Positions 14,374 through 26,781 of a DNA stretch of 64,000 bases are shown piece by piece (the first letter of the stretch is position 1; the number at the start of each line of letters is the position of its first letter). The notes beneath the pieces are model-generated. The model saw only the letters and a list, made by a program, of their open reading frames with translations. It was not told where the DNA came from and ran no database searches. The position numbers were made by a program, and so were the translations under genes. This DNA comes from Raja brachyura (taxonomy: Eukaryota), in the NCBI GenBank assembly GCA_963514005.1, contig OY740783.1, positions 73,284,001 to 73,348,000 of the forward strand, read 5' to 3'.

Positions 14374-14537
14374 ATCTCATGCCCCGGTGATGTGCTGTTC
14401 AGTTAATTACCTGCTTTCAATGACAACATTCTGCAAATAAGTGGCAAGGTGACAAGGCAAAAAAGGAGTCAATGAGACAATAAGGAAATGAAAGGCAAGT
14501 TTCAACTGGAAAGGAAAACAACTTGTTTTCAGTCTAT

Positions 14538-14722
14538 GTAGGTTTATTATTGTCACATGTGCTGAGGCACAGTGAAAAGCTTTGTGTTGTATGTTCTCCA
14601 ATCAGATCAGATAATACTGTACATAAGTACAATCAGGTCAAACTCAAGAACAATAGATAGAGCAAACGGGAAGGTACAGAGTACAGAATATAGTTCTCAG
14701 CATTGTGGTGTATCATTTCCAT
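14538..14722 (-). mobile_element. Rex1/Babar-like LINE 3' UTR fragment
   Basis: Reverse complement ends GCTTTTCACTGT...CATGTGACAATAATAAACCT, shared with 17186-17490 and 19182-19805. Confidence 0.6.
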
Positions 14723-14914
14723 CGCCAAAATGAAAAGTCCATAAATTATATCACTTCTCCACATTTTACTCCAAATGCCTCTATAATTCCAGTATATGAA
14801 TGTTTCAAAATGAGTCATAGAGTGATATAGTGTGGAAAAAGGCCCTTTGGCCCAACTTGCCTATGCTGGCTACCATGTCTCAGCTCCACTAGTCCCACCG
14901 GCCCGTGTTTGGCC

Positions 14915-15362
14915 CACAGAGACAAGGAACTGCAGATACTGGAATTCACAGATGAAGTTATGGGTTGGGACCCTTCCGTAGACTGATTAGATTGGGGGGG
15001 GGGGGGGGGGGAGAGAAAGCTGGAAAAGAGAGGTGGGGCCAGATAAAACTGGCAAATGATAGGTAATACAGGTGAGGGAGGTGGTTTACATGTGGATGGA
15101 GTAAGTGGCCAAGACTGGTGAAAATTAGACAAAAAGGTGTCGGGTAAAGAAAGAAGAGGAGGAGGAGTGAAATATAAAGCTGGAGGGGAAAAGTCGTGAG
15201 AGGGTGACGTTGATGATAGGGAGGAACTTGGGTAGGAGGGGAAAGGAGCAGGGTGACTGGAGGTTGTGGGAGATAGTGGGAGACATGAGAGCGTCGGGGT
15301 GAAGGGTGGGGGTAGAGGAAGGAAAGGGGGGGAGTAGGGGGGGGGGGGTTTATTTGAAATGT
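14915..15362 (-). mobile_element. Penelope-like element 3' terminal region (degenerate)
   Basis: Same layout as 28845-29100: GGAACTGCAGAT end, decayed hammerhead-like motif, purine-rich tract. Confidence 0.6.
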
Positions 15363-16365
15363 CTACAGCTCGATTTACACGTTTTGTCGTTTCATGATTT
15401 TTTTTTAGAGCTATATCCGGGCCATTCTTTTATTTTGTCCAGTTCCTTGGTGCGGTGTTTCGCTTGTAAACACTACCTGCAACTAGTTTTACACTGGGCT
15501 GGTTGCTCGGAAGCTGCGAGAGATGGGAACAGAAGAGTGGCAGCGCCAGAATCCAGGTGGAGTTCAGCAGCGGACCAGAGCCACCCCGAGCAGTCCTGGC
15601 AGAAATCTGATCATTTCAATGAGGATTCCTGGGCCAGAAGTTATTTATTACTTATTTTAATGCAATTGTTTATTTCCTATTGTCAAAATCTGTTTCTTTT
15701 TTATTTTTGTGACTTTCTAAATTATTTAAGCTATGCTAAGAGATTTTAAGGTCTCCATTGTACCTCAACTGCTGAAAGAAACTGAAGAAACTAGGAACTG
15801 CAGGTACTGGTTAATACGCAAAAAGACACAGTGCCGGAGTAACTCAACAGGTCAGACAACATCTCTGGAGAACATCTGGAGGGGGTGCAGCTGTGCTGCA
15901 CCCCCTGAGTTACTCCAGCACTTTGTGTCCTTTTATTAAAAGAAATGGATGTACTTTATTATAAAATAATCATAGAGAAATGTTCACAAATCAGTACTCC
16001 AAATGCTCCTTTGCTTTCTGCCATCATATAGCAATTCTTTCACAATACATTCATTTACTTTAGAATATTTTGTTCAAAGAATAAATGTGATAATTTCAGG
16101 AAACGTGTCCTGCAGCATGGAGGATATTATACCCTGTAACGTGATGCAATGCTCTGAATCCCTGAATAAGGGTATACTGACATCTAGTGACAACTTTTAA
16201 CATTTTAGTAAGCTTAACAAGTTTTCACCATCCAAAACAATTCTGTTCGTTTGTAGTTAATTATTTATTTGAAAAATAAGCTCTTGCATCAATAATAGTT
16301 TTCTTAACCACTCGTGGAACAGTTACAATAATTGTGATTGGGAGAACAAAAACAAGCCTTTCATC

Positions 16366-16845
16366 AGCTCAGTTCGCCTGGACCTACCTGATCTGCTGAT
16401 TGCCAAACACTTTAACTCCCCTTCCCCACACTGATCATTCTGTCCGAGGCCTCCTCCATTGTCAGAGTGAGGCCAAACGCAAATTGAACGAATAGCATCA
16501 CATTTTGCTTGGGCAGCTTATAATCCTGGGGTATGAATATTGATTTCTCTAACTTCAAGTAACCCCTGCATGCCCTCTCCCTCCTTCCCTCCTCCACCCA
16601 AGTCACACCAGCTTCTGTTCTCACCTAGCTACAGCTAACAATGGCCTGTTTCCTTTTCCATCATTACTTGTTTGCATATCTTTCATTCATTTGTTTTAGA
16701 TCTCTCTACAACATTGTCTATATCCCTTGTTTCCCTTTCCCATGACTTTCAGTCTGAAGAAGAGTCTCGGCCCGAAACATCACCCATTCCTTATCTCCAG
16801 AAATGCTGCCTGTCCCGCTGAGTTACTCCAGCATTTTGTGTCTTT
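16366..16845 (+). mobile_element. Penelope-like element 3' part (GIY-YIG C-terminus plus terminal repeat)
   Basis: Decayed HFNSP...GLLHCQSEAKRKL...GMNIDFSNFK* followed by CTGAAGA...GAAAC and the GAGTTACTCCAGCA terminus. Confidence 0.8.
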
Positions 16846-17185
16846 CATCCCAGAGTCTGTACTGACGGTCAAACTGACAAAAGGAGCCAAGTCTGAAATT
16901 GGAATTTAAGAGAAAGTTGCTTTTTAATTATTGAAACTCTGGAGGAGTGTAACTGAGCAATAGCTGATAACAATGTGCAGCACTCCTCCAACTTGGCACA
17001 TTTAAATAAAAACTATCCCCACTTCAGTTACAGTCAAAGCTGCTGATTTCAAATTTTAAGTATAACTCTAAACATGGAGATCATTTAAAAAAGTTTCTAG
17101 CATTTATTAGGCTGGGCAAACCCCCAATTTCACGTAAAAATTGTATCTGTCACATGAATCTGTCACATTCACATCAATCTGTTTC

Positions 17186-17490
17186 CAGATTCAGAGACTG
17201 TTTCTTACCAGCTGTTATCAGGAAACTGAACCACCCTACCAACAACCAGAGAGTGGTCCTAGCTACTATCTACCTCATTGAAGACCCCCAGACTATCTTT
17301 AATGGACTTTACTGGACTTTATGTTGCACTAAACGTTATTCCCTTTATCATGTATCTGTACACTGTCGACGGCTCGATTGTAATCATACATAGTCTTTTC
17401 TCTGATTGGTTAGCACACAACAGGAAGCTTTTCACTATACCTTGGTGCATGTGACAATAAACTAAACAAAACTAAACTAAATTAGACTAA
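17186..17490 (+). mobile_element. Rex1/Babar-like LINE 3' end
   Basis: RFRDCFLPAVIRKLN C-terminal motif, then GCTTTTCACT...GTGACAATAAA and an (ACTAA)n tail. Confidence 0.7.
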
Positions 17491-17561
17491 ATATGAAGTG
17501 TGGACTAGTTCTGATTTGAAGTTCACAAGGCATACCCGGGATGAATACTGGTACTCAAGGT

Positions 17562-18004
17562 AAGATTCAAGTGTGTTTTAATTGTAATATGTACCGGAAG
17601 GCAACAATGAAATTCTTACTTGCAGAAGCACAGCTGGTTTATAAACACAGTACTCAATGGATAATATAATAGATAAATATTTAAAAAAAAATTCAATAAA
17701 GACCCAATATAGTACAAACAAAAAATGCCTGAAGTTCCTAGTTGTAACCAAGGCAGCTCGTAGTTCAGAGTTTAGTTGGAGTTTGTAGTGTTCAATATAG
17801 CCTACTGGACATTGGGACAAAGCTGGTCTTGAATCTGGATGTTACAATTTTCAGACTTCGATACTTTCTTCCTGATGGCAGGAGTGAAAGAGAATGTTGC
17901 CAGGGTGGTGTTAGTCCTTGAAGGTGCTGGCTGCCTTTTAGAGACATCGCCTCCTATAGATGGTGGGGAGGTCAGCACTTGTGATGTAGTGGGCAGTGTT
18001 CACC
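17562..18004 (-). mobile_element. Rex1/Babar-like LINE 3' fragment
   Basis: Decayed RT C-terminus and 3' UTR with AAGAATTTCATTGT...ACAATAAAACAC end. Confidence 0.6.
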
Positions 18005-18478
18005 AGAAGTGGTCTGTGAAATATACTTCATAATTTGACTGCATTGTACTTCCAATAAATTATTTTTAACTGATGTAGATTTCTTTGCAAAGTCATCGCT
18101 CCATTCTGTAACTAATTTTTGCGGTATTAACTGCATTGTCATGCTTTTTTCCGGAAACTATTAATTATAATTTTTATTCACCTCGGAATTCATTTAGCCA
18201 GACATGTTTTTTTGGTGTTTTCCTGAATGGAAGATCTTTTTTTTTTAGTTGATACATTTGCTAAGATTGTGCATCACCATCAAGGCCAGAGTTAATTGTC
18301 CATCCTTAATTACTTTGGAAATATTACAGCGAGATCACTTCTTGAATCGCTGCAGTCCTTCTGATGAAGATGCTTTTCAATTGCTGTTGGGGAGAGGATT
18401 CTAGATCTAGTGATGTTGCAACACAGGCAATATACTTCCAAAATCAGGATGGTGGACATCCTGTTGAGGAACCTGCAA

Positions 18479-18782
18479 GTGACACAGTGGCGCAGCGGTA
18501 GAGTTGTTGCCCTACAGTGCCAGGACACGGGTTCAATCCTGACCATGGGTGCTGTCTGTACAGAGATTGTACATTCTTTCTGTGACCTGCGTGGGTTTTC
18601 CCCAGGTGCTCTGGTTTCTCCCCACACTCCAAAGATATACACGTTTGTAGGTTAATTGACTTGGTATAATTGTAAATTGTCCCTAGTGTGTCTAGGACAG
18701 AGTTATGTGCAGGGTTTGCTGGTTGGTGTGCACTCGGTGGGCCGAATGGCCTGTTTCTGCTTTTTTTCTAAACTAAACTAAC
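18479..18782 (+). mobile_element. Full-length tRNA-derived V-SINE (HE1-like)
   Basis: A box TGGCGCAGCGG 18488-18498, B box GGTTCAATCC 18530-18539, V-domain, CR1-like tail GGGCCGAATGGCCTGTTTC and (CTAAA)n. Confidence 0.9.
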
Positions 18783-19181
18783 AGTGTTCCAATATACCAG
18801 CTAACTTAGTCCTTCTTGGTGGTAGAGGTTGTGCATTTGGGAGCTGCTGTTGGGTGGAGTTGGGGCAGTTTGTTGCATTTTGTAGATGGTGTTCCAGTGA
18901 TGGAGGGAACATATGCTTAGGGTGGTTCAAGAAGTGTCAATCAAACAGGCTGCTTTAACCTGGTTGGTATCAAGCTCCTTCAGTGTTGTTATGGCTCCAC
19001 TCATCAGCCAGTGGAGAGTAGTGCAAGGACAAAATGGCTCATAAAGTTGAAAATAGTATAACAAAAATACTGAAGGGGAGAAATTGGGCCAGTGACACCC
19101 TTTTTTATTTGATACACTAGGTGCTCTACAGAGCAAGTATGCAAAGTTGCACACTAATGACCTATACCCTCTCGTGGTGGT

Positions 19182-19805
19182 TTAGGTTTAGATTTATTAT
19201 TGTTATATGTACCAAAGTACAGTGAAAAGCTTTGTTTTCCTTGCTATCCAATAAGATCAGATAATATTACACATAAATACAATCAACAAACTCAAGTACA
19301 GCAGAAAGAGCAAAGGGGAAGATACAGAGTGTAGAATATAGTTTTCAGCATTGCAGTGCACCAGTTCCATAGACAACGTACAATGTCCTCAATGGGCTGG
19401 AATTGAATCAGACAGTGCCTAGGCATATGGGAGGACCTTTCAGAAGCCTGATAACAGTGAGGAATAAGCTGTCCAGAGCCTGGTGATGTGCGCTTCCAGG
19501 TTTCTTTATCTTCTGCCCGACGGGAGCAGGCAGAAGAAGGAATATCCAGGGTGGGACGATTTTGATTATATTGACTGTTTTTCCAAGGCAGTGTGAAGTG
19601 TAGGTGGAGTCAATGGTGGGGAGTCTGGTCTGTGTGATGGACTGGTATTTGTCAACAACTCAGTAATTTCTTGTGGTTTTGGGCAGAGCTGTTCCGAAAG
19701 TAATCTGTGAAGCAACCAAACAGTATTATTTTTGTGGTGCATCTGTCGAAGTTTGTAAGTCATTGGAGACATGTCAAATTTTGCTCAGTCTAATGAGGAA
19801 GTATA
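19182..19805 (-). mobile_element. Rex1/Babar-like LINE 3' fragment
   Basis: Shares the 3' end with 14538-14722 and extends into decayed RT C-terminal coding sequence. Confidence 0.65.
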
Positions 19806-20024
19806 ATGTTGATTTGAAGGCAACAATGCCAAATTGTTGAACATCCAGTTAAAGTCTAGCATTTAGTAGCAGGATGACCCTCACACCCCTCGCCTGCCCA
19901 CAATATCTGCCCACCTAATGAAGCAGTGCCTGAAGAGACAGAGTTTTATGAAGGAAGTTGGGCATAGGGATCTTTCTCTTGATGTAAGTACAATATTGGC
20001 AATGACTAAATCCACTATTTCCAT

Positions 20025-21150
20025 GGCAAGGTTCCACATGGTAGGCTGCTCTGGAAGGTTAGATTGCATGGGATCCAAGGAGAGGTAGCTGAATGGATTG
20101 CAAATTGGCTTCATGGAAGGAAGTAGAGGGTGATGGTGGAAAGTTGCTTCTCGAACTGGAGGTCTGACATTAGTGGTGTGCCTCAGGGTTCGGTGCTGGG
20201 CCCGTTACTGTTTGTCATCTACATCAATGATTTGAATGAGAACATACAGGATAAGATTAGCAAGTTTGCTGAAGATACAAAAGTGGATGGTTTTGCAGAT
20301 AGTGAAGATGGTTGTGAAAGAGTGCAGTAGGATCTTTATTGATTGGCCAGATGGGCTGAGGGATGGTTGGTGGAATTTGATACAGAGAAATGTGCGGTGT
20401 TGCATTTTGGGATGTCTAACAAGGGCAGGACTTACATGGTGAATGGTAGGGCTCTGGGGAGTGTTGTAGAGCAGAGGGATCTAGGAGTGCAGGTGCATGG
20501 TTCCTTGAAGGTCGAGTCGCTGGTAGACAAGGTGTTCAAAAAAGCTTTTGGCACATTGGCCTTCATCAGTCAGAGTATTGAGTATAGAAGTTGGGAGGTC
20601 ATGTTGCAGTTGTATAATACGTTGGTGAGAACGCATTTAGAATGTTGTGTTCAGTTCTAGGCTCCATGTTATAGGAAAGATATTGTCAAGTTTGAAAAGA
20701 TTCAGTGAAGATTTACAAGGATGTTGCCAGGACAAGGATGTTGCAAGGATGTTCCTTGAAGCGCAGGAGGATGAGGGGTGATCTTATGGAGGTGTATAAA
20801 ATCGTGAGAGGAATAGATCGGGTAGATGCACAGAGTCTCTAGCCCAGAGTAGAGGAATCAAGGATCAGAGGACATAGGTTTAAAGTGAAGGGGAAACGAT
20901 TTAATAGAAATCTGAGGGGTAACTTTTTCACTCAAAGGGTGGTGGGTGTATGGAACAAGCTGCCAGAAGAGGTAGGTGAGGCTGGGACTATCACAACGTT
21001 TAAGAAACAGTTAGACAGGTACATGGATAGGACAAGTTTGGAGGAATATGGACCAAGTGCAGGCTGGTGGGACTAGTGTAGCTGGGACATGTTGGCTGTT
21101 GTGGGCAAGTTGGGCTGAAGGGCCTGTTTCCACGCTGTATCATTCTATGA
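20025..21150 (+). mobile_element. 5'-truncated CR1 LINE (older subfamily)
   Basis: Broken ORFs with [20 protein letters not shown] and NFFTQRVVGVWN; tail GGGCTGAAGGGCCTGTTTCC. Confidence 0.92.
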
Positions 21151-21214
21151 TTGAGAGTCAGGACAGAGGGAAACTAGAAGCTTTTCATATCTCTAGATTC
21201 CACTCTCCTGAATT

Positions 21215-21340
21215 TCCGTCTGAAGAAGGGTCTCGACCCGAATGTCACTTATTCCTTTTCTCCAGAGATGCAGCCTGGCCTGCTGAGTTACTCTCGTTTT
21301 GTGTCCATCTTTGGTGTAAACCAGCATCTCCAGTTCTTCT
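21215..21340 (+). mobile_element. Penelope-like terminal repeat fragment
   Basis: CTGAAGAAGGGTCTCGACCCGAA...CTCCAGAGATGCAGCC...GTAAACCAGCATCT. Confidence 0.75.
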
Positions 21341-21357
21341 TAAGATATTTTATATTA

Positions 21358-21987
21358 CATAGAAACATAGAAATTAGGTGCAGGAATAGGCCATTCGGCC
21401 CTTCGAGCCTGCACCGCCATTAAATATGATCATGGCTGATCATCCAACTCAGTAACCCGTACCTGCCTTCTCTCCATTCCCTCTGATCCCCTTAGCCACA
21501 AGGGCCACATCTAACTCCCTCTTAAATATAGCCAATGGACTGGCCTCAACTACCCTCTGTAGCAGAGAGTTCCAGAGACCCACCACTCTTTTTAAAAAAG
21601 TCCTTCTCATCTCGGTCCTAAAGGAATTCCCCCTTATCCTTAAGCTGCGACCCCTTGTCCTGGACCTCCCCAACATCGGGAACAATCTTCCTGCATCTAG
21701 CCTGTCCAACCCCTTAAGAATTTTGTAAGTTTCTATAAGATCCCCTCAGTCTCCTAAATTCTAGAGAGTATAAACCGAGTCTATCCAGTGTTTCTTCATG
21801 AGACAGTCCTGACATCCCAGGAATCAATCTGGTGAACCTTCTCTGCACTCCCTCTATGGCAATAATGTCCTTCCTCAGATTTGGAGACCAGAACTGTACG
21901 CAATACTCCTGGTGTGGTCTCACCAAGACCCTATAAACTGAAGTAGAACCTCCCTGCTCATATACTCAAATCCTTTTGCTATGAATG
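21358..21987 (-). mobile_element. 5'-truncated CR1 subfamily A
   Basis: Highly similar to 2612-3250; ORFs 21449-21926. Confidence 0.93.
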
Positions 21988-22817
21988 ACCATTATGACCA
22001 ATATTGTTTCACTTCCAACTTGAGAGCTGATGCTGGAACTATATAAAGATTCAAGAGATGAGCAAGCATTATATAATTCTACTTTAGATTGCATGCATGG
22101 ATGAAGAAACTGATTATGATGTGAGGCATTCTTCTTCATTTTTCTTTTCTTTTTTTAAAATTGTTATGCATTCATTTAGCCAGTTTGGCTGATTTTTAAT
22201 CACTCATAAATACAAGTAATAGCTCTCTCCCAGTAGGTGGTGTCAAATACTTGGTTTTGCATATGACATGTTGCATAAACAGTTGCAGACTAAGATGGTC
22301 ATTCAACATTATGGCCACACTTTGTAACCCAGGGAAATAAATTAGTTTTCATGATAAGGCCTGGTGACCCTCATGAGGCTATTGTCCATCGCATCAGTCG
22401 GGCCTGATTGGCAGTCTACTCGGAAAGCTACATGGTCAGACTAATCAAATACACAATCCAGCCTGGTAGAGCTAATTTAAGGGAGCAGATATTTTGAGCT
22501 GAATTCACAGGTTATGTTCCAATCAATGAGGCTCTGACTTCAGTGGTAAACCATGGATTTACAGATGTTACAATAGGGGAATTAGCTTTTCAGTTCAATG
22601 AGCCCATGTTAGACTTCACTATCAAAGTAAGCAGAGATCTTACCACAGTTGTCGCAGTTATCATCATTGACAAACACGGACTAGATTACATATGGTCCCA
22701 TGGAAAGCCATAAAGTGCTGCATTAACTCTGCAGGTGAGGCAGCATCTCTGGAGAACATGGATAGGTGATGTTTCTGGTCAGGATCCTTCTTTGGACAGA
22801 TATGGCCCACTGATGAG

Positions 22818-23660
22818 GGGGCCACTAGCGGCACCGCATTGATAGCAGCCTCTGCTTACAGTCTGTCTGTTTTTCTGTTTTAAAAAAAAATGTTAGTCAG
22901 TTTTAAAAGTTTGCTTGGTGATTTCTTTAGCTTTTCTATGTGGGGGAGGGGTAGGGTAAGGGGGAAACCGTTTCCCAGTCACTTCCTGGCGAGGAAGCGA
23001 CTATTCTACGAGTCGCGCCCTCGCCCCCTCTACACCACCTGGATTGGAGCAGCCTTCCCTGTCGGGGACCCGGACCAGAGCTTCAGCAGCGGCGGCGCAG
23101 CGCTGGATACATCGCGGAGCGGGCGATTGCTTACCTGGATCGCCATTGAAGCTCCGGAGTGTTGGGCGTGCTGCTTCAACATCGGAGCTGTGGTTCGTAG
23201 AGCTTCCAGCACGGACAGCGCGGACTTCAACATTGCGGAGTCCTGGGGCCCTTTGCCGAGGGCCGCCAGCGTTGAATCTCCGCCCAACGCGGCCTGTGGA
23301 CTTCGGGAGCCGCAGACTCCGATAGGACGTGGCTGATTCGGATGTCCAAGCCGCTGAGGATGTCCTCCGGTCCCGACATCGGACTTCAATCACCCCGGTG
23401 AGCAGACCTGAACATTGGGCCGCCCGTAGTGGCGACAGCGGTGGGTTCGGGAGCCCACCGACCACGGGAGGACAATAGAGGAGGATGACTGAATTTTGGA
23501 GTCTTTCCTCGCAATGGGAAACTTTGAGGTGTGGGGATGTTTGTGTTAAAGACTATCGTGTTCTGTGCTCTTTATTATTCGTATGACGACCACACATTTC
23601 ACTGTACCAATTTCACATGTGACAAATAAATGTATCTTGTATTTTGTATCTCTTGTATCT
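22818..23660 (+). mobile_element. Unclassified GC/CpG-rich non-autonomous retroelement with a Rex1-like tail
   Basis: Ends TTTCACTGTACC...CATGTGACAAATAAA(TGTATCT)n; sits between Penelope terminal fragments (22720-22800, 23661-23715); no recognisable coding domain. Confidence 0.55.
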
Positions 23661-24089
23661 TGAGTTACTCCAGCCTTTTGTGTCTTTCCTTGGTAAACTA
23701 GCATCTGCAGTTCCTTGTTTGTATTTATGGTCCCATCATCTATATAGAACTGTGAACAGCTGGCGATCCAGCATGAATACAGCGGCATTCTAGTTATTAT
23801 CAGCACCTGACCTTGACGTTACCAGTTTATTCCTACACGTTTTCTTGCCAGTAACCATGCCTTACTGCATGCCAATACATTACCTCCAATCTCTTGTTCT
23901 CTATTTTCATTTAATAATCTCTTGCATGTCATATCACCAATAACCTTCTGAAGTACAGCAGAACAATTGGATTGCCCTTATCTACTCTCCTGGTTACAAC
24001 TGCAAAAAAAAACTTTTAACAGGTTTGAGGAAGATGATTACCCTTTGGTGAATTCACATGTTCTCTGCCCAATCCTGTTACTATTTTCC

Positions 24090-24190
24090 CACCTACACTC
24101 CATATTCACTCAAGACTGTGCAGCTAAATACCAATGCACAATTTACAAGTTTGCAGATGACACCACTGTAGTGGGCTGGATATCCAGCAA
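24090..24190 (+). mobile_element. Rex1/Babar RT fragment
   Basis: TQDCAAKYQCTIYKFADDTTVVGWIS. Confidence 0.65.
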
Positions 24191-24850
24191 ACAGCAGTAG
24201 GGAGGTTGAGGAAAGCATCAAGCAGGCAATTAGGGAAGCGTGTAGCAAAGGTGCAGCAGTTATCATGGGTGACTTTAATCTACATATAGATTGGGCCAAC
24301 CAATTTGGTAGCAGCGCTGAGGAGGAGGATTTTCTGGAATGTATACGGGATGGTTTTTTTAAACCAATATGTAGAAGAACTGACTAGAGGGCAGGCCATC
24401 CTGGACTGGGTATTGTGTCATGAGGAAGGATTAGTTAGCGATATTGTTGTGCAAGGCCCCTTGGGCAACAGTGACCATAATATGGTGGAATTCTGCATTA
24501 GGATGGAGAGTGACATGGTTAATTCGGAGACTAGGGTCCTGAACTTAAAGAAAGGAGACTTTGAAGGTATGAGATGGGAATTGGCTAGGATAGACTGGAA
24601 AATTATACTTAAAGGGTTGACGGTGGAGATGCAATGGCAAAGATTTAAAGACCGCATGGATGAATTCCAAAAATTGGTCATCCCTGTCTGCCGAAAAAAT
24701 AAAATGGGGAAGGCGGCTCAATCGTGGCTAATGAGCAAAATCAAGGATAGTGTAAAATCCAAGGAAAACGCATATACATTGGCCAGAGGAAGTGGCAAAC
24801 TGGGGAACTGCGAGAAATTTAGAACTCAACAGAGGAGGACAAAGGGGTTA

Positions 24851-25155
24851 TAGACATTAGACAATAGGTGCAGGAGTAGGCCATTCGACCCTTCAAGCCA
24901 GCACCACCATTCAATATGATCATGGCTGATCATCCCCAATCAGTATCCCATTCCTGCTTTCTCCCCATATCCCCAGAGATGAAGAAAAAGTGTTTCTTCA
25001 TCTCTGTTATAAATGGCTTGCCCCGTATTCTTAAACTGTGGCTCCTGCTTCTGAACTCCTGCAACATCGGGAACATGTTTCCTGCCTCTAGCATGTCCAG
25101 ACCCTTAATTATATGTTTCAATAAGATCCCCTCTCATCCTTCTAAATTCCAGAGT
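24851..25155 (-). mobile_element. Short CR1 3' end nested antisense in the host CR1
   Basis: TAGACAATAGGTGCAGGAGTAGGCC tail; internally deleted. Confidence 0.85.
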
Positions 25156-25746
25156 ATTATTAATTAAGGGGAAAATTAATTGAGGGGGAAAAAAGAACAT
25201 GAAAGAAAGCTTGCGGGGAATATTAAAATTGACTCTAAAAGCTTCTTTAGATAGTAAAAAGGAAAAGATTAATGGACAAATGAGGTCGGTTACAATCAGA
25301 GACAGCTGAATTTATAATGGGAAACAAAGAAATGGCAGAGCAGTTAAACAAGTTCTTTGGTTCTGTCTTCACTAAGGAAGACACAAACAATCTCCCAGAA
25401 ATACAAGGGGACCAAGGATCTAGTGGGAGGGAGGAACTGAAGGGAATCCACGTTAGTCAGGAAATTCTGTTGGGTAAACTGTTGGGACTGAAGGCAGATA
25501 AATCCCCAGGGCCTAATGATCTGCATTCCAGAGTACTAAAGGAGGTGGCTCTAGAAATCATGGATGCATTGGTGATCATTTTCCAATATTCTCTCGATTC
25601 TGCATCAGTTCCTGTGGACTGGAGGGGAGCCAATGTAATCCCACTTTTTAAGAAAGGAGGGAGAGTGAAAACAAGGTATTAGAGACCAGTTATCCTTACA
25701 TCGGTAGTGGGGAAGATGCTTGAGTCGATTGCTAAAGATCTTATAG

Positions 25747-26781
25747 TAGCAACATTTGAGATTTTAAAAATCAAGTCTGCAATTTATCCCATCAGATAAA
25801 GCATAAAAATAAATTTAATTTGACACCCAATTCACTTTCATATCTTCAGTATTAAAAAAGTTATGGCCATTTTCATACTCGGAAATTAGCATCTTGTTCC
25901 CTATTGCTTTTCCATGGACTTAACACAAAAGCTGTGAACGAGGACAGTCAAAAGCCCATAACTTTCTTAAAAATTAAGAGAATTGAATGAAATTTTCAGT
26001 CATTATGAATTGAAACATTCTGAAACAAATATGAAACAATCTTACTTGGATGACCTGAAATTAAAGCGTATAATTAGTTAGTTACCTAATTGTAGCTAAT
26101 TACAAAATTCAATTACTAGATCTAAACATCTATCCATTTCTTAAGAAAAGATGAACATTTTTAAATAGCAAAGAGTAGGAATTAACGGGTACAAATAACA
26201 TTCACACAAGAATTCACAATATAACATGATTTTTAAATCTCATTGTCATAAATTTATAGGCCAATTGGAAGGAATTTAATGTTTAATTCCCGTAAATTAA
26301 TGGCCATTTATATCATCTTGCAAGTGGGTTTTTGTGGAAAGCGATCGATTGGAACATTGTGGTTGCGGTGAATTTGAACCCCATATCGGCAGGAAAAACA
26401 CTGCCGGTTCGTATTGGGCCAAAATCACATTTTCGCCAATTAAATTTGGATTAAAGTCTTCCTAAGAAGCAAGTCTATATGTAAAATAGACGACTTACAT
26501 TATGTTTTGCCCCTACTTGAGATCCGTCCCGTTGTAGGCGTTGAGGGCGTTAGAAGTAGCTTTTTATTTTACTCCAGCGATTTTTTTTAAACTTCCGAGG
26601 ACGGAAGTCCGGTCGATTGTTCTGCAGCAGCTGGCAGCCCGAGGAAGTTTGCTTCCGACAGACGGGATAAAACGCCATTTTAATCCCGCCCCCCCCCCTC
26701 CACCTCAAAGGCGCCAAAGTCGTGCACACGGCCAGTGGCAGAACTGCAGCGCCGCTGAAGGTAAGTTTTGTAACATTGCTA
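25747..26781. mobile_element. Non-autonomous DNA transposon nested in CR1
   Basis: 1035-bp non-coding insert that cleanly splits the CR1 ORF; termini TAGCAA...TTGCTA; imperfect 7-bp TSD CTTATAG/GTAATAG. Confidence 0.7.

Noticed and set aside
14993-15011. Poly-G/poly-C runs (also 12349-12365, 55956-55973) as functional G-quadruplexes
   Set aside because: Simple homopolymers, at least one inside a repeat-derived purine tract, and prone to sequencing length error
18479-18545. tRNA gene (A and B boxes)
   Set aside because: Continues into the V-domain and LINE tail, so it is a SINE head
22890-23465. Overlapping ORFs of 93-154 aa on both strands
   Set aside because: Expected from high GC content; no domain similarity or splice structure
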